Below, piece by piece: positions 61,065 to 64,000 of a stretch of 64,000 bases of DNA. Where the stretch lies: positions 14,974 to 78,973 of the forward strand of contig JANRLX010000071.1 of assembly GCA_033762115.1 (NCBI GenBank). The letters are read 5' to 3'. Numbering within the stretch: position 1 is the first letter of the stretch; each line of letters begins with the position of its first letter. Made by a program: the position numbers and the translations under genes. Source of the DNA: Verrucomicrobiota bacterium (lineage in GTDB: Bacteria; Verrucomicrobiota; Verrucomicrobiia; Limisphaerales; SXQI01). The notes below the pieces were generated by a model. The model was not told the origin of the DNA, searched no databases, and saw nothing but the letters and a program-made list of their open reading frames with translations.

Positions 61065-62144
61065 ATGAACTCGGGAAAGGGGCTTCGGGGATTAGCTTAC
61101 GCCGCTGGAACTTTGGTCTGTCTTGGAACAACCCTGCCCCTCTTTCATGGAAATCGCTGGTGGCTCCGCATCTTTGATTTTCCTCGCATCCAGATCACCG
61201 CCCTCGGCGCTGCCTTCCTCGGTTACAACCTTGCCCGTTACCCTCATCTGACACGCGCCGAGAAACGCTTCGCAGCTCTTGTCGGGCTCGCCGTCGCAGG
61301 CCAGCTCATCCAGATTTTTCCCTACACACCTCTCGCCCGCAAACGCGTCCTGCACGCCAGCGACAACGGCCCTGATATCCAGCTCCTCACCTGCAACGTT
61401 TTTCAGGACAATCGCACCGTCGATAAATTAAAGGAATTGATTGATCAGCGCGATCCCGACCTCATTCTGCTGACCGAAACCGATCAATGGTGGCTGGACC
61501 AGCTCACTGATTTGAAAACCCGCTATCCTCACACTCTCCTTCAGCCCCTCTCCAACTATTATGGCATGGCCCTTTACTCCAAATTTAAACTGATCAATCC
61601 GGAAATCCGTTTCCTGATCAAAAATGACATTCCCTCCATGCGTTGTCTCGTGGAAATCCACCCAGGCCATCACTTCCTTTTTTATGGAGTCCATCCCGAA
61701 CCCCCCGGCAGCGCCAAACCCAACGGCGGCATTCGCGGCTCCGGCCCGCGCGACGCCGAGCTGGTCGTTGTCGCAAAAGAGCTTCGCAACGCAAAACATC
61801 CTGTAATCGTCGCGGGCGATTTTAACGATGTCGCATGGTCACATACCACCCGCCTTTTCCAGCGCATCTCCCGATTGCTTGATCCACGCATCGGTCGCGG
61901 TTTTTACAATTCCTTCAATGCCAATCACCATTTCTTCCGTTATCCACTCGACCATCTTTTTCACAGCGAACATTTTTCACTCGTGAACTTTGAACGCCTC
62001 CCCCATGTCGGCTCGGACCACTTTCCACTCTGCGTTCGCCTCCGCCTTACCCCCACCGCCCCTCTCAAGCAGGAACCACCCCAACCACAAACAAACGACT
62101 TCCAGGAAGCCAACAAAATCCTTCGCGAATCTCCCCGCGAATAA
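61065..62144 (+). CDS. Membrane-anchored endonuclease/exonuclease/phosphatase (YafD-like)
   Basis: N-terminal TMs, CNV, LTE, AGDFND, LDH, GSDHFP. Confidence 0.9.
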   Translation: MNSGKGLRGLAYAAGTLVCLGTTLPLFHGNRWWLRIFDFPRIQITALGAAFLGYNLARYPHLTRAEKRFAALVGLAVAGQLIQIFPYTPLARKRVLHASDNGPDIQLLTCNVFQDNRTVDKLKELIDQRDPDLILLTETDQWWLDQLTDLKTRYPHTLLQPLSNYYGMALYSKFKLINPEIRFLIKNDIPSMRCLVEIHPGHHFLFYGVHPEPPGSAKPNGGIRGSGPRDAELVVVAKELRNAKHPVIVAGDFNDVAWSHTTRLFQRISRLLDPRIGRGFYNSFNANHHFFRYPLDHLFHSEHFSLVNFERLPHVGSDHFPLCVRLRLTPTAPLKQEPPQPQTNDFQEANKILRESPRE

Positions 62145-62242
62145 ACCATTCATCCCTTTTACTTGCTGTTGCATCTACTCAATTTGCTCCCAGGAATTTG
62201 GAGACAGTCACTGGATGAATCAAAGATCCACACCAGGCAGAA

Positions 62243-63097
62243 TTACTTGAATTCTCCTAGAAATGCGGCCAGGCGGCGATGATGCTCAGCCATATTGCCA
62301 TCCATTCCACACTCAGCAGCGAGTTCGCCAAAGGGCCCCCTCCAACTCAAGAGGGGCTCGGGCAGGAACGACGGAACGGGATGCGTGCCCCGACGACTAA
62401 AGGTCGCGATGATGCTATCCACGAGCCTGGTACGATCCAGCGTTCCTGAATCGAGCAAAAGTAACATATCCACCAAATCCTTCACACGGGTATTCGGACG
62501 GCCAGTCCGCGGGAGTGTATAGGCGTGCAACTTCTCGGCGAACTGCTCCTCCCGCGATATGGCGGGCAGCTTGGCCTTTGCGATGCCTGCAAAACCCAGC
62601 CAATCCTGACCTTCAAGAATCTCAAACGGTTCGCGCAGAACATCGCCGGCGCTGACATCGAGGTGAAAATTGGCGAATCGCCGGCCCGCCATCTGCGCCT
62701 CGACGGGATACCTTGCGCCACCGTAAGGTGCTGCATCCAAATCCATCGTCGGCTCGCCGATGGTAAATTCAAATCCGTCTTGCAGATCGACGGCGGCCGC
62801 GCGTTCGAGCGAGGCGCGCACTGCGGCATCGTTCCAAACCTCCGCGCCATCGGGCAGTTGACGAATGGCCAGGTCAACGTCGCGGGTGGTTCGCGCCTTC
62901 TGAATGCGAAGCTCCATCGCGTATCCACCCTTGAGCAGCCACGGCGCATTGGGTTCGTGGAACAGGCGGCACAGCAGCCGGTCGAATGCCGCCTGCCGAC
63001 GCATCCGCTGAATGTCGCCGCCTTCCCGGCGCACGGCGGCGAGAAGCCGGTCCTCCAACGCGCGCCGGAGCGCCGAGGGTGTTTGGTAGCGGCTCAT
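62243..63097 (-). CDS. abiEii: AbiEii/AbiGii nucleotidyltransferase toxin
   Basis: LLKGGYAM..RTTRDVD, AEKLHA, RVKDLVD. Confidence 0.9.
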   Translation of the reverse strand: MSRYQTPSALRRALEDRLLAAVRREGGDIQRMRRQAAFDRLLCRLFHEPNAPWLLKGGYAMELRIQKARTTRDVDLAIRQLPDGAEVWNDAAVRASLERAAAVDLQDGFEFTIGEPTMDLDAAPYGGARYPVEAQMAGRRFANFHLDVSAGDVLREPFEILEGQDWLGFAGIAKAKLPAISREEQFAEKLHAYTLPRTGRPNTRVKDLVDMLLLLDSGTLDRTRLVDSIIATFSRRGTHPVPSFLPEPLLSWRGPFGELAAECGMDGNMAEHHRRLAAFLGEFK

Positions 63098-63693
63098 GGG
63101 AAAAGACTCGTGACCAGTTCCCGTCGGCCCGCGCCTGCCTTGGCCGTCGAAACCTGGCTCTCGGTAATCAGCCCGCGCCGACGAGCCTCTTTGGCGATGT
63201 CACGAAGGTCATCCAGCGAATTGGGGTCGGCTTCCGCCAGGTCGCACAGCGCCCGCAGCGGACGGCAAACCGAGAGTCCCCGTAGCTGGGTGATCTCGCC
63301 CGGCATGAGCTTCGCATGGTGCAGTGTCACTGCCTTGGGCAGCCGGCTGTTGCGCCGGAAGGTCGGCGGCACGGTGAGGTGAATCTTCGCCGGGTTGAAA
63401 TCGCCCAGCTCAAACAGGCTGAGGGCCGACTGATGCGAAACCGCCGCCGTCGGCTTTTCGTCCCGTCCGCGTGACCAGAGCAGCCACACCATCATCTGCC
63501 CATCCTCGGGCGACGGCAGATGCGTCATCCGGTAAATGCCGCGCCAGACCCGCTCCCAATTCCCGGCACGCACATGGTAGGGATGGGTATTGTCCGCGTA
63601 GCCAGCCGCAATGGCCTGCTTCGTGGTGAAATACCCCTGCTGGTCCTGCGCGATGCTCATGAGGGCGGCAAATGGGTCGTGCTTTTTCGCCAT
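63094..63693 (-). CDS. abiEi: AbiEi-type (type IV TA) antitoxin / transcription regulator
   Basis: QQGYFTTKQA..RVWRGIY wHTH, SHQSAL, IHLTVP; overlaps toxin start. Confidence 0.88.
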   Translation of the reverse strand: MAKKHDPFAALMSIAQDQQGYFTTKQAIAAGYADNTHPYHVRAGNWERVWRGIYRMTHLPSPEDGQMMVWLLWSRGRDEKPTAAVSHQSALSLFELGDFNPAKIHLTVPPTFRRNSRLPKAVTLHHAKLMPGEITQLRGLSVCRPLRALCDLAEADPNSLDDLRDIAKEARRRGLITESQVSTAKAGAGRRELVTSLFP

Positions 63694-63727
63694 GCACACA
63701 TCCTCAACTTTTTTGAGGAATTGTGCA
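63693..63727. promoter_or_regulatory. Inverted-repeat operator at abiEi start
   Basis: 15-bp arms (13/15 match) TGCACACATCCTCAA-CTTTT-TTGAGGAATTGTGCA. Confidence 0.65.
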
Positions 63728-63904
63728 AGCTGCCTTTATTAAGAGAGTTAACAATGGCAGGAGTCCAAACCAATATGGGACGCCAACTGTAATAAATAAC
63801 AACTGTTTTAGTTGACAGCCTCAACCAAACCTGCCACTCTCATCCCGGAAAGGAAAAATTTGAATATTTGTAGTTAAAACAACAACGGCAGTTTGACTGG
63901 CAGA

Positions 63905-64000
63905 ATGGCTTCCACGGCCCTGGAACAAGTCCCCGTTGATCTCTCCTCCACGGCAACTCGTTCGATGGCCACCCGCTTGATTCAAGCACCGCCACCCTCC
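63905..64000 (+). CDS. Possible 5' end of next gene (truncated by window)
   Basis: ATG 63905 open to window end; TTGACA-17-CACTCT at 63812-63840 upstream. Confidence 0.35.
   Translation, partial: MASTALEQVPVDLSSTATRSMATRLIQAPPPS

Overview
Bacterial chromosomal window, most likely from a Verrucomicrobiota (Pedosphaera/Limisphaerales-like) genome. This is inferred from the L28 type and protein style, not from a search. The first 21 kb encode one giant secreted protein of about 6,900 aa. It has Ig-like/PPC-like repeats with three inserted FG-GAP propellers and a LamG domain, then CARDB, InlB-B, Calx-beta-like and Ig repeats, and a Cys-rich insert. Next come chrA, a GldA/F/G-DUF4340 ABC operon, pdxJ-acpS, a NarL regulator beside an elaB-yqjE-yqjK-like stress operon, thiG-rfaE1-gmhB-kdsB-pyrG-folC, glcD, proA with an ATP-grasp-like gene, hydrolases, an FKBP, rpmB, ahpC, suhB and a Kef antiporter. 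The most striking accessory locus is at 55.9-61 kb: an MglA/MglB small-GTPase module flanked by further roadblock-like proteins, a REC-DUF4388 regulator, a stand-alone HisKA-like protein, and three proteins with terminal amphipathic helices. Also seen: a 166-bp TA-flanked MITE that supplies the stop codons of both neighbours, a recurring paired 16-bp box motif in five mostly intergenic locations, an AbiE type IV TA pair with a palindromic operator, and an apparent GC-skew reversal across the window. No rRNA, tRNA or CRISPR array was recognised. All family calls come from motif recognition by eye.
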